DNA of 64,000 nt from Phycisphaeraceae bacterium (GTDB taxonomy: Bacteria; Planctomycetota; Phycisphaerae; Phycisphaerales; UBA1924). The notes under the pieces were generated by a model. That model had not been told where the DNA came from. It worked only from the letters and a program-made list of their open reading frames with translations, and searched no databases. The position numbers and the translations under genes were made by a program. Positions 1 through 8,348 of this stretch are shown one piece after another (within the stretch, counting starts at the first letter, position 1; each line of letters opens with the position of its first letter). The DNA is taken from positions 2,838,643 to 2,902,642 of the forward strand of contig CP054186.1 in NCBI GenBank assembly GCA_015200025.1, given 5' to 3'.

Positions 1-2982
1 TCCGGAACGACGCCCGTCTTTGACTTCAAGCCCGGCGACGAGCGCGCCGCCACCGGGTCGCACTACACACCCGACGACCTCGTCCAGCCGTTGATCAAAC
101 ACTCGCTCGACCACCTCATCACCGAGCGGCTCAAGGCCAAGGACCCCGCCGCCGCGCTGCTCGACCTCCGCGTCGCCGACATCGCCTGCGGCTCCGGGCA
201 CATCCTCCTCGCCGCCGCCCGCCGCATCGCCACCGAGCTCGCGATCGTCCGGACCGGTGAGGAGCAGCCCTCCCCGACCGCATACCGCGCCGCCATCCGC
301 GACGTCATCCGCACCTGCATCTACGGCGTCGACCTCAACCCCCTCGCCGTCGAGCTCTGCAAGGTCGCCCTCTGGCTCGAGGCCCACAACCCGGGCGAGC
401 CGCTCAACTTCCTCGACCACCACGTCAAGTGCGGCAACGCCATCGTCGGCTTCGTGAAGCGGGAGGAAGTCGACGCGGGCGTGCCGGATGAGGCCTTCGC
501 CAAGCTCCCGGGCGACGATCCCGACATCGGCAAGGAGGTCCGCGCCCGCAACAAGCGCGAGCGCAAGGAGCGTGCGACGGGGCAGGCCAAGCTCGCCTTC
601 ACGCACCAGCGCGAAACCGAGCTCGCTGCCGTGCTCGACCGGTGGCGGACCGTCACATCCATGCCGGAGACCACGCCCGCCGAGATCAACGCCAAGAAGA
701 ACGCCTTCGAGTCATTTTCGTCCTCCGGTGCCGCCTTCACGCTCCGCAACCTAGCCTCGATCCCGATTGCCCAGTTCTACATCCCGCGAACGCCAGAGAA
801 CGCCGATCGGCTGATAACCGACGAGCGGTTCAGGGACTTCTGGTCGGGGCGTGTCGCCGCGCAGGGGCAGGCACCAGCGGCGGCGTTAGCCCTCGCCCAC
901 CGCAAGCGGTTCTTCCACTGGTTTATCGAGTTCCCGGAGATCGTCCAAAGGGGTGGCTTCGACTGTATCCTCGGCAATCCGCCATACCTCGGCGGCCAAG
1001 CGCTCAGCGGCACCTACGGACACGAGTTTTGTGGGTACGTCCGTCACGCATTCGCCCCGACCGGCTTGAGCGATCTTGTCGTCTTCTTTCTCCGTCGGAT
1101 TTTCCGCCTTCTGCGGCCCAGCGGCTTCGCGGCGTTCATCACGACGAACTCCATCAAGGATGGTGACGTTCGGAAAGACGGCCTAGAGCAGGTCGTCGCC
1201 CAGGGCGGCAGCATCAACTTTGCTGTGCGCGGCATCAAGTGGCCTGGGCGGGCGAATCTGGTCGTGTCCCTTGTCGGCGTTCACCGCGGCGGGTGGAAAG
1301 GTCGCCACGTACTCGACGGCCAAGAGGTGCAGACGATCACGCCATTCTTTGAGGCTGAGGCTGACGCCGGAAAGCCGCATGCCCTCGCGGACAATGGAGC
1401 GCGAGTGTTTCAGGGTTCTATCTTTCTGGGCGACGGCTTCTTGCTCACTCACGACGAAGCTGAGAATCTTATCCGACAGGGCCCCAGCAACCGCGAAGTT
1501 ATCCAGCCCCTCATCAACGGGCAGGAGCTGAACAACGCACCCGACCAGCGGCCGGGCCGATCAATCATCAATTTCCGCGACTGGACTGAAGACAGATCGC
1601 GACGGTTCTCTGAGCCGTTTGCGATCGTCGAAGCGTCTGTCAAGCCGGAGCGAGAACGTCAGGGCGACGCGACGGGCCGACAGTACTGGTGGCGATTCTT
1701 GCGGCCACGTGGTGAGCTTTACCGCAGTCTGGAAGGAAGGCAGTGGTGTCTCGTCGCCGCTCGGACCACCAAGTTCTTGAGCTTCTCGGCCTGCCCCACG
1801 GATAGGGTGTTCTCCGACGCTCTCTACGTGTTCACAACTGACCGCTGGGATCTCTTCACGGTAGTGCAATCCACGATCCACGAGATGTGGGCGCGAAAGT
1901 ACAGCGGGGCTCTCGAAACGCGACTCCGATACTCGCCCTCTGACTGCTTCGAGAACTATCCATTCCCAAACGGACTCTGGCGTTCTGATGACCTGGCTCT
2001 CGCCGCTCCCGGCGAGCGTTACCACGAGCACCGCCGCTCGCTCATGCTCTCGCTCTGGCTCGGCCTGACCGACGTCTACAACCTCTTCCACTCCCGCGAC
2101 GTCGAAGCCGAGCTGAAGGCGCATTTTGCCGCCCGGGCCAAGAAGGACCCGCGTGGCCTCTCCATTCCGCCCGAGCACCGCGAGCGGGCGCTCGCGTTCA
2201 CCTACGACCAGGGCTTCGCCAGCCTGCACGAACTCCGCCGTCTCCACGTTGCTCTCGACAATGCCGTCCGCGACGCGTACGGCTGGACTTCGCTCGACCT
2301 TCAGCACGATTTCTATGAGGTCGAGACCCTCCCCGAGAGCGATCGCGTTCGCTACACCATCAGCCCCGCCGCCCGCAAGGAAGTCCTCAAACGGCTTCTC
2401 GCCCTCAACCACGAACGCTCCAAGGCCGAACAGGCTGCCGCAGCCCCGGCCGTGGCCAAGCCCGCCCGGGCCAAGCGTGCGGCGGTGGCGACTGCCGTCG
2501 AGGAGATGACCGTCTTCGATCAGGCGTTCCCCGCGACGGCGGTGGATTGGGAGACCGCGAGCTGGATGCTGGCACTGGTTCGCGCCGCGCCACGCAGAGG
2601 CATGGCCTTCTACATGGCGTGCATGGCTGCCGCGGCGTCCCCGGATCTGTGTGAGCAGATACTGCCGCAGGATCGAAAGCAGCAGACCAAGCGACTGATG
2701 GCGAAAGCGCCGCTGGCCAAGCAGCCGAGCGGCACGCGCATCCCGTTTGCGGCGGCGCTCCGCTGGGCATCAACCACCAAGGCGATCACCACATCTGCTC
2801 AGATGAACGACGCTCAGCCCGGGCCGACTTTCCCGCGCGCTGTGAGCGAAGCGGGGATGCCCAAGCTTGACGATGCGCTGATATCGCTCGTCATTAAAGT
2901 GGCAGAACACGCCACCGACGCGACCCAAGCCACGCAGCCGTGGCGACAGGCGTTTGAGCAGAGGAGGTTGTTGGTGGGATGA
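1..2982 (+). CDS. MmeI/PglX-like gamma-class N6-adenine DNA methyltransferase (type IIL/IIG-like); 5' end lies upstream of the window
   Basis: Frame 1 is open from nt 1 (SGTTPVFDFKPGDERAATGSHYTPDDLVQPLIKH), so the TTG at nt 91 is internal. SAM motif I DIACGSGHILL is at nt 178-210. HHVKCGNAIVG and FHWFIEFPEI are present. Motif IV GNPPYLGG is at nt 973-996. TNSIKDGDVR, WPGRANLVVSL and GDGFLLTHDEAENL match my memory of the MmeI-family MTase/TRD blocks. There are about 165 extra C-terminal residues. Confidence 0.8.
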   Translation, partial: SGTTPVFDFKPGDERAATGSHYTPDDLVQPLIKHSLDHLITERLKAKDPAAALLDLRVADIACGSGHILLAAARRIATELAIVRTGEEQPSPTAYRAAIRDVIRTCIYGVDLNPLAVELCKVALWLEAHNPGEPLNFLDHHVKCGNAIVGFVKREEVDAGVPDEAFAKLPGDDPDIGKEVRARNKRERKERATGQAKLAFTHQRETELAAVLDRWRTVTSMPETTPAEINAKKNAFESFSSSGAAFTLRNLASIPIAQFYIPRTPENADRLITDERFRDFWSGRVAAQGQAPAAALALAHRKRFFHWFIEFPEIVQRGGFDCILGNPPYLGGQALSGTYGHEFCGYVRHAFAPTGLSDLVVFFLRRIFRLLRPSGFAAFITTNSIKDGDVRKDGLEQVVAQGGSINFAVRGIKWPGRANLVVSLVGVHRGGWKGRHVLDGQEVQTITPFFEAEADAGKPHALADNGARVFQGSIFLGDGFLLTHDEAENLIRQGPSNREVIQPLINGQELNNAPDQRPGRSIINFRDWTEDRSRRFSEPFAIVEASVKPERERQGDATGRQYWWRFLRPRGELYRSLEGRQWCLVAARTTKFLSFSACPTDRVFSDALYVFTTDRWDLFTVVQSTIHEMWARKYSGALETRLRYSPSDCFENYPFPNGLWRSDDLALAAPGERYHEHRRSLMLSLWLGLTDVYNLFHSRDVEAELKAHFAARAKKDPRGLSIPPEHRERALAFTYDQGFASLHELRRLHVALDNAVRDAYGWTSLDLQHDFYEVETLPESDRVRYTISPAARKEVLKRLLALNHERSKAEQAAAAPAVAKPARAKRAAVATAVEEMTVFDQAFPATAVDWETASWMLALVRAAPRRGMAFYMACMAAAASPDLCEQILPQDRKQQTKRLMAKAPLAKQPSGTRIPFAAALRWASTTKAITTSAQMNDAQPGPTFPRAVSEAGMPKLDDALISLVIKVAEHATDATQATQPWRQAFEQRRLLVG

Positions 2983-4961
2983 CCCCGACCTTCCTCGACC
3001 TCAAGCCGTTGCGGACCGAGCCGGTCTTCTGGATCCGGCGGGTCGTCATTCTTGAGCGGCTCGACCCATTCGAGATGGTCAACGAGTTCTCCTTCAAGCG
3101 CGGCCTGAACATCGTGTTCGGCGAGGAGAAGGGCTCCTGGCGAGACATCAAGGCGTCGGGTCACGGCGTCGGCAAGACCTCGCTCTGCCGGCTGATCCGT
3201 TACTGCCTGGGCGAACCGCACTTCGGGCGTCGGCGGGTCGTCGCCGCAATCCGGCAGGATCTTCCCGCTGGTTGGGTCGGGGCGGAACTGCGCGTCGGTG
3301 GTCAGTCCTGGACTGTCCTGCGGCCCTTCGCCGTCGGGCCGTGGTCGCGGGCCGCCCGCGACACTTCGGTGGAGGATCTGGCGCTACAGCGACAGCGAGT
3401 TGTGCCATACAGCGAGTTCGAGGCCGCTTTGTCGTCGGCGCTTATGGCGAACATGCCGCGGAAGGGCCAGGTCGTCCCCGGCATCACGCTGACGCACAGT
3501 CACCTGCTCCCTGCGTTCACGCGCGACCAGGAGTGCCGCCTGGAGTCCGTGTGGAGGTGGAGGTCGGAGCGCAGCGACTCCGAGACCCCCAGCCTGCCCC
3601 GCCCCAAGATCGACGGCAGCAGGGTCATCCGCGCCATTCTCGGAGTGCTGGACGCCGAGGAACTGACTTTGCAGGACGATCTCGACAACTGCACCAGCGC
3701 CGCCGACAGGCTCCGCGTGCAAGTCGACACGCGGCTCAACGAGCCCCGCTATTGGGTCGCGAGGTTGAATCAGGCACTGCTGGATCAAGGGGTCCCGGGT
3801 GTCGCGCAGGATGCGGGCGAGTTGTTCTCGCCGGCGAACCGTGTCTCATCGTTCCTTGGGGGTCTCCGGGACGAACTGAAGGTGCTTGAAAGCAAGCTAG
3901 AGGCGGACAACCGGGAGCTCCGTTCTGTTCTCGCTCGCATCGAGACCAGGGAGGCAGATCGGAGAGATCGGGTTGCACTGCAGGGCTTGCAGTCGAAGCG
4001 CGGCGACGCGGCTGCGCAGTACACGCAGGACGAACGCGATGTGATGGCCAAGCTGAAGGCGCTGCAGTCGGGGCTCCAGACGTGCAACTACGGCGGTATT
4101 CCGTTCCGAGACTGCGGGCACATCGATGACCATCTGGGGCGGCTCGAGGGCTCGCGGGATGTGGCTCTTCCGGTCATTGCTCAATCTGACCAGGCAGCAG
4201 CGAGTTTCGCTGCGGATATCGAGGCGATTGACAAGGAGCTGGTCGAACCGAGAGCGAGGGCGATTGCGCTCGAGAAGCGGGTTGCGGAATTTTCTGCGAA
4301 GCAGCGCTCGTCCGAACGCCGCATTGAAGCCATAGAGCGTCTGGGCCGGGAGCTGGACCGATATGCGGGTCTGATCGCCGGAACCGAGCAAGACGCCGAG
4401 CTCGCGCGGCTCCGAGAGACGCTGCGGCTCGAGGAGGCGACCCAAGCCGGTCTCGCCGTCAAGGTGCAGGGCGTGCGATCCCGCACAACCGAGCAGTTCG
4501 ATCGCGTACGACGTCTGTACTCAGCGGTCATCGCCGCGGCACTGTCGCCGGACTACTCGGGCGAGATTGTCGTGACCGACGACGAGATCGAGTTCGAGAT
4601 CAGGCGAAAGGCGGCGATTGGCGGTGAGGCCGTCGAGTCGCTGGCCGTCGTGCTTGCTGACGCATGCGGCCTGCTCGCGTCCGTCGAGGGTGCCGCCAAC
4701 CATCCCGGTTTCGTCGTCCATGACAGCCCGCGTGAGGCGGATCTTGGTTCGGCCCTTTACCACCGATTCATCTCGTTCATGCTGGAAAGCCACAACACCC
4801 TCGGCGGTGAAAACCAAGCGCCGTTCCAGTACATCATGACGACGACAACCCCGCCACCTACGGAATGCAACGGGGTGATTCGCGTGCATCTGTCGGATGA
4901 TGATGACGCACGGCTGCTTTTCAAGCGTCGGCTTGGGTCAACGCCGTCCGGGCTGCTGTAG
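2979..4961 (+). CDS. Coiled-coil ABC/SMC-like P-loop ATPase (DUF2326 / ABC-3C-ATPase-like architecture)
   Basis: Its ATG at 2979 overlaps the methyltransferase TGA (ATGA). The N-terminal block FKRGLNIVFGEE...ASGHGVGKTSLCRLI carries the P-loop at nt 3159-3182. The central ~300 aa (aa ~225-520) are charged, helical and heptad-like. The C-terminal motif HPGFVVHDSPREADL (nt 4710-4745) looks like a Walker B/D-loop and is followed by FQYIMTTT. The family assignment is from memory of the motif layout, not from a search. Confidence 0.6.
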   Translation: MTPTFLDLKPLRTEPVFWIRRVVILERLDPFEMVNEFSFKRGLNIVFGEEKGSWRDIKASGHGVGKTSLCRLIRYCLGEPHFGRRRVVAAIRQDLPAGWVGAELRVGGQSWTVLRPFAVGPWSRAARDTSVEDLALQRQRVVPYSEFEAALSSALMANMPRKGQVVPGITLTHSHLLPAFTRDQECRLESVWRWRSERSDSETPSLPRPKIDGSRVIRAILGVLDAEELTLQDDLDNCTSAADRLRVQVDTRLNEPRYWVARLNQALLDQGVPGVAQDAGELFSPANRVSSFLGGLRDELKVLESKLEADNRELRSVLARIETREADRRDRVALQGLQSKRGDAAAQYTQDERDVMAKLKALQSGLQTCNYGGIPFRDCGHIDDHLGRLEGSRDVALPVIAQSDQAAASFAADIEAIDKELVEPRARAIALEKRVAEFSAKQRSSERRIEAIERLGRELDRYAGLIAGTEQDAELARLRETLRLEEATQAGLAVKVQGVRSRTTEQFDRVRRLYSAVIAAALSPDYSGEIVVTDDEIEFEIRRKAAIGGEAVESLAVVLADACGLLASVEGAANHPGFVVHDSPREADLGSALYHRFISFMLESHNTLGGENQAPFQYIMTTTTPPPTECNGVIRVHLSDDDDARLLFKRRLGSTPSGLL

Positions 4962-4990
4962 CAACCGAACGGTTCCAGACCTTTATGGCA

Positions 4991-5383
4991 TCAGCGCGAA
5001 CGAAGCCGCGCCCACAGCCTTCGCTGCTCGCTCCACGCGACCTTGCGGGTGAGTTGACGAAGTGACCGCTCGTGAATTGGGTCGTGCCCCCGTTCGACCC
5101 GAGGGAGCAGCAAGATCTCCTCCTGAATGTCCGGCGCAAGGTGCAGCAGGTTCATGATCTGCGTCATCCGCGGCTGCGTGACCTGGCACAACCGTGCGAG
5201 CTCCGACAGGTCGGCGACGACGCCCTTGCGGAGAAGCCGGTCGTACTTGATCGCCAAAGCCATCAGGCGGGCCACGCGGGGCACACGGCCCGGCAGTTCG
5301 GCCTTCGGGGCCTCGGGGCCAAGAACGACGCGTTTGCGGCGGGCCTTTCGGGTGATGTGGATGGTTCTCACGACGGTGGTCAC
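4991..5383 (-). CDS. Small ParB-type helix-turn-helix DNA-binding protein, likely a recombinase accessory protein
   Basis: LSELARLCQVTQPRMTQIMNLLHLAPDIQEEILLLP resembles the ParB HTH segment. A GTG at 5383-5381 overlaps the recombinase TGA (GTGA), which suggests translational coupling. The track's longer start at 5410 is also possible. Confidence 0.55.
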   Translation of the reverse strand: MTTVVRTIHITRKARRKRVVLGPEAPKAELPGRVPRVARLMALAIKYDRLLRKGVVADLSELARLCQVTQPRMTQIMNLLHLAPDIQEEILLLPRVERGHDPIHERSLRQLTRKVAWSEQRRLWARLRSR

Positions 5384-6978
5384 GCGGCTTCCTCCAATCG
5401 GCGGGCGCACAGGGCGGCAATCCCGGTCGCCCGGAACGTCACGGCGACGGTGGCGTTCTCGGCGTCGTACTCGATCTTCGAGAAGAGCAGCTTCAGCACC
5501 CGGCCCTGCTCGCGAGGCGACAGTTGCGCCCAGACCCCGTCGAACTCGTTGAGCGCCTTGCGGGCCTCCTCGCGGGTGATGGCGCTATCTCCGATTAAAC
5601 CCAGCCGTGTCTCGACTTCGGCAAGGCGGGTGCGTGCCCCGCTGACCCGTTCGTGAGCGGCGGCCAGCCGCGCGGTGGTAGCGGTGCTCCCGCTCCGGTC
5701 CGCTACCAGTTCCCGCAACTCCTTCTCCAAGCGGCCGAGCGAGGCGTGGATCGACGCCCGCTCCGACTTCAGCGCCGTCAGTTCCTCGTCTACGTTGACC
5801 TGGGCTTCTGCAAGGATGCGGTCCAGCAACGTCCGGTCGTTGCCGAGCGTCCGGATCTCGTCGACCACGAGCTTCTCGATCTCCAGCCCTGGCAGCGACG
5901 ACGCCTCGCAGGTGTGCGCCCCGTTCTTGATGGCTTCCAGACAGCGGTAGTAGCGGTACTGCTTGTTCCGCTTGCCGTAGAAGGTGTGGATCATGGCGCA
6001 GTCGCACTTCTTGCAGCGCAGGAGCCCACGCAGGAGTGCCCCGTACTTGTTGCGCATCTCGATACCACCGGTCCGACCGTTCTCGAGGAGCTGCTGGCGG
6101 ACGCGCTCGAACAACGCGGGATCGACGATCGCCTCGTGCTCGCCGTCGTAGGTGTTGCCCCGGTGGACGATCTTGCCCGTCAGAAGCGGGTTGGTCAGAA
6201 GAACGTGGAGGGTGCCCGTGTTGAAGGGCTGGCCGCCGACGCTGACCCCCTTCTTGGTCACCCGGCGCTTGTTCATCCACTCCCGGTGCCGGAGTTCGGT
6301 GACGGCCCGCTGGAGCGACCCCTTGTCGAGGTAGATCTGGAAGATCGCGCGGACCTTGGCCGCCTCGCGGGGGTTGACGACCAGGCGGGGACTGCCGCCA
6401 GAACGATCCACGTCGTAGCCCAGGATGGGCACGCCGCCCGCCCACTTGCCCCGGCGCTTCTGGGCGGCAATCTTGTCGCGGATCCGCTCGCCGATGATCT
6501 CACGCTCGAACTGGGCGAACGAGAGCAGGATGTTGAGCGTCAGCCGCCCCATCGAGCTCGTGGTGTTGAACTGCTGTGTCACCGAGACGAACGAGACGCC
6601 CTTGCGGTCGAACGACTGCATAATGCGGGCGAAGTCCATGAGCGACCGGCTCAGGCGGTCCACCTTGTAGACCACGACGCAGTCGACCTTGCCGGCCTCG
6701 ATGTCCTTCAGCATCTGCTCCAGCGCTGGCCGTTCCATGCTGCCGCCGGAGAAGCCGCCGTCGTCGTAGCGGTCTGGAAGGCAGATCCACCCTTCGTTCC
6801 GCTGGCTGGCGATGTACGCCTCCGCGGCCTCCCGCTGGGCGTCGAGGGAATTGAACTCGAGTTCTAGCCCCTCTTCGCTGCTCTTGCGGGTGTAGATCGC
6901 ACACCGGATCGGCCCGGGCGCTCCCGCGCCCCGTTCCCGCGATGGCGGCACGCTGGGCGTTCGGCCTCGCTTGGTCAT
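5380..6978 (-). CDS. Large serine recombinase (resolvase/invertase N-terminal domain plus recombinase and zinc-ribbon/coiled-coil C-terminal region)
   Basis: The N-terminal CAIYTRKSSEEG...SLDAQREA contains the catalytic Ser context, followed by VVVYKVDRLSRS and the recombinase-domain block GGVPILGYD. A Cys-rich segment (CKKCDCAM...YYRC...HTC) and a coiled-coil tail follow. The protein is 532 aa. Confidence 0.9.
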   Translation of the reverse strand: MTKRGRTPSVPPSRERGAGAPGPIRCAIYTRKSSEEGLELEFNSLDAQREAAEAYIASQRNEGWICLPDRYDDGGFSGGSMERPALEQMLKDIEAGKVDCVVVYKVDRLSRSLMDFARIMQSFDRKGVSFVSVTQQFNTTSSMGRLTLNILLSFAQFEREIIGERIRDKIAAQKRRGKWAGGVPILGYDVDRSGGSPRLVVNPREAAKVRAIFQIYLDKGSLQRAVTELRHREWMNKRRVTKKGVSVGGQPFNTGTLHVLLTNPLLTGKIVHRGNTYDGEHEAIVDPALFERVRQQLLENGRTGGIEMRNKYGALLRGLLRCKKCDCAMIHTFYGKRNKQYRYYRCLEAIKNGAHTCEASSLPGLEIEKLVVDEIRTLGNDRTLLDRILAEAQVNVDEELTALKSERASIHASLGRLEKELRELVADRSGSTATTARLAAAHERVSGARTRLAEVETRLGLIGDSAITREEARKALNEFDGVWAQLSPREQGRVLKLLFSKIEYDAENATVAVTFRATGIAALCARRLEEAA

Positions 6979-7499
6979 CGCCCACCCCGCAATCCGAAGA
7001 AGCGGTACCCGTTGATGTGCTGGCCCGTCACCTTTTTGGCGATCACCGACAGCGTGCCGTACCGCTCGCCGTCGAACTCGAAGCCCTCACCGTCCGCGAG
7101 CACCATCACCCGGATCGTCCGCCCCTTGTATTGGCGGACAATCGCGGAGCCGGGCGGCGGCAGCCGGGGATCGCGCCGGTCGCGCGGGTCGAGCGACCGC
7201 ACGCAGGTGCGGATCTCGCCGGGCTGCGGCGGGGAAGTGTACGAGCGGGGAGCCATCGTGCGGATTTCGGCGTCGTCGGCGAGTTCCGCCGCCCGCCGCT
7301 TGGCTCGCTCGCTTAGGTCGCCTTCCGCGTTGGCCTGGATGCGCCACGCGATTTTGCGGATCAGGTAGGCGCGGTGGCGCGTCCGGCAGGCGTGGCCGTG
7401 GAGTTCCTCGTAGCGGTCCACCAAGTCGCTGGTGGTCATCCGCTGAATCTCGCCGAGTTGTCGTTCAATGGCGTCGGGCATGGGGGTTCCTCTTCGCAT
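6975..7499 (-). CDS. DUF2924 domain protein, the usual partner of large serine recombinases
   Basis: LGEIQRMTTSDLVDRYEELHG...RAYLIRKIAWRIQ and the C-terminal YKGRTIRVMVLADGEGFEFDGERYGTLSVIAKKVTGQHINGYRFFGL match DUF2924 as I remember it. Its stop overlaps the recombinase ATG (ATGA at 6975-6978). Confidence 0.8.
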   Translation of the reverse strand: MRRGTPMPDAIERQLGEIQRMTTSDLVDRYEELHGHACRTRHRAYLIRKIAWRIQANAEGDLSERAKRRAAELADDAEIRTMAPRSYTSPPQPGEIRTCVRSLDPRDRRDPRLPPPGSAIVRQYKGRTIRVMVLADGEGFEFDGERYGTLSVIAKKVTGQHINGYRFFGLRGGR

Positions 7500-7510
7500 G
7501 GCCCGGAGCC

Positions 7511-7963
7511 CTAACCCCGGGGCCGTGCGGAGACACTGAGGTCCGCATGCCGCGGAAGTTCAAGTCGATCGGCGTCAGATTTCGCCTGGTCGCTCGACTC
7601 CCGGGTGGAGCGCGAACGCTCCGCATGGATGGCCCGCGCGAGGCCGCGAGCGAAGATGCTCGCCACTTCAGCGTCGCGCTCCGCAGGCGTCATGGACTCG
7701 GGCCTGGTGTTTGAGATCACGGTGAGCTCCGGGTCGGAGAGATTGGCCGCGACGATCGCAGCCGCATCACCGCATGCCTTTATGCAAAAGTCGCGCGCCG
7801 CGTGGCGCGATAGCCAGCGGATCGCGTTTGCAACCGCATCAATCCCGCCTTCGCGAGCACCAACCCCTCTTAACCCGGGCACCCGGCGTCGAGAGACGCG
7901 GAGAGACTTTGGGCCAGATTCGCGCCCGTGAGGCCCGAGCGGGTCAGAACTGGTTATGGACAC
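7511..7963 (-). CDS. Hypothetical protein, possibly the first gene of the recombinase operon
   Basis: It is an open frame ending 12 nt upstream of the DUF2924 start. No motif was recognised. The start is uncertain, and a competing + frame ORF (7605-7931) exists. Confidence 0.3.
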   Translation of the reverse strand: MSITSSDPLGPHGRESGPKSLRVSRRRVPGLRGVGAREGGIDAVANAIRWLSRHAARDFCIKACGDAAAIVAANLSDPELTVISNTRPESMTPAERDAEVASIFARGLARAIHAERSRSTRESSDQAKSDADRLELPRHADLSVSARPRG

Positions 7964-8035
7964 GGAGCGCGGCAGAGACCCGCCCCGCGGGCCGTCGTGC
8001 TGGCGAACCCTTCGGAACGTGGGCCAAAACGCGAA

Positions 8036-8063
8036 AACGCCGCCGAGGTCTCTCGGCGGCGTT
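8036..8063 (-). terminator. Perfect 12-bp GC-rich hairpin; possible second terminator or island-boundary element
   Basis: aacgccgccgag (8036-8047) and ctcggcggcgtt (8052-8063) pair around a 4-nt loop. On the minus strand it is followed by a partly U-rich ttcgcgttttgg. Confidence 0.4.
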
Positions 8064-8065
8064 CC

Positions 8066-8103
8066 CTGAAAACCAAAGGGCCGGCTGCTTTCGCAACCGG
8101 CCC
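8066..8103 (-). terminator. Rho-independent terminator of tRNA-fMet
   Basis: The minus-strand RNA reads GGGCCGGUUGC-GAAA-GCAGCCGGCCC (8078-8103) followed by UUUGGUUUUC. Confidence 0.7.
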
Positions 8104-8108
8104 GGCAA

Positions 8109-8182
<74 letters not shown>

Positions 8183-8193
8183 ATCTGGATCTA

Positions 8194-8222
8194 TTCATAG
8201 CCCACCATTTCTCCCGCGTCAA
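8194..8222 (-). promoter_or_regulatory. Sigma70-like promoter for tRNA-fMet
   Basis: The minus strand reads TTGACG (8222-8217), a 17-nt spacer, then TATGAA (8199-8194), about 12 nt upstream of the mature 5' end. Confidence 0.5.
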
Positions 8223-8348
8223 TGCCACGCCCGCCCGGAGGTGGTCGTGGGGGGATGGGTGGGGGGGCGGATCCCTTCGAGCCGGTTTCCGCTCGGTTCG
8301 CCCCGCGTGCGCTCCATCGCGGCCCTCCCGTCCCTACCATGCCCCCCA

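Larger units (their letters stand above)
1..8035. mobile_element. Partial integrative genomic island (left end outside the window) carrying the MTase-ATPase cargo and the serine-recombinase cassette, abutting the tRNA-fMet 3' side
   Basis: The recombinase cassette is present. Sampled lines are lower in GC (nt 1081-1140 62%, 1381-1440 60%, 4261-4320 62%, versus about 68-77% elsewhere). The island lies next to the 3' end of a tRNA. No att repeats were identified. Confidence 0.5.

Noticed and set aside
1-4961. Interpretation of the methyltransferase as PglX of a canonical BREX system.
   Set aside because: No PglZ, BrxC or BrxL-like gene follows. The downstream partner is a coiled-coil P-loop protein, and then the strand switches to the recombinase cassette. 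Upstream genes are unseen, so BREX-like context cannot be fully excluded.
1-8105. A direct-repeat copy of the tRNA-fMet 3' end inside the island (attL/attR).
   Set aside because: I saw no second copy of the ggggagtggatttgaacc segment in nt 1-8000 by eye. The island's left end is outside the window, and serine recombinases do not require long duplications.
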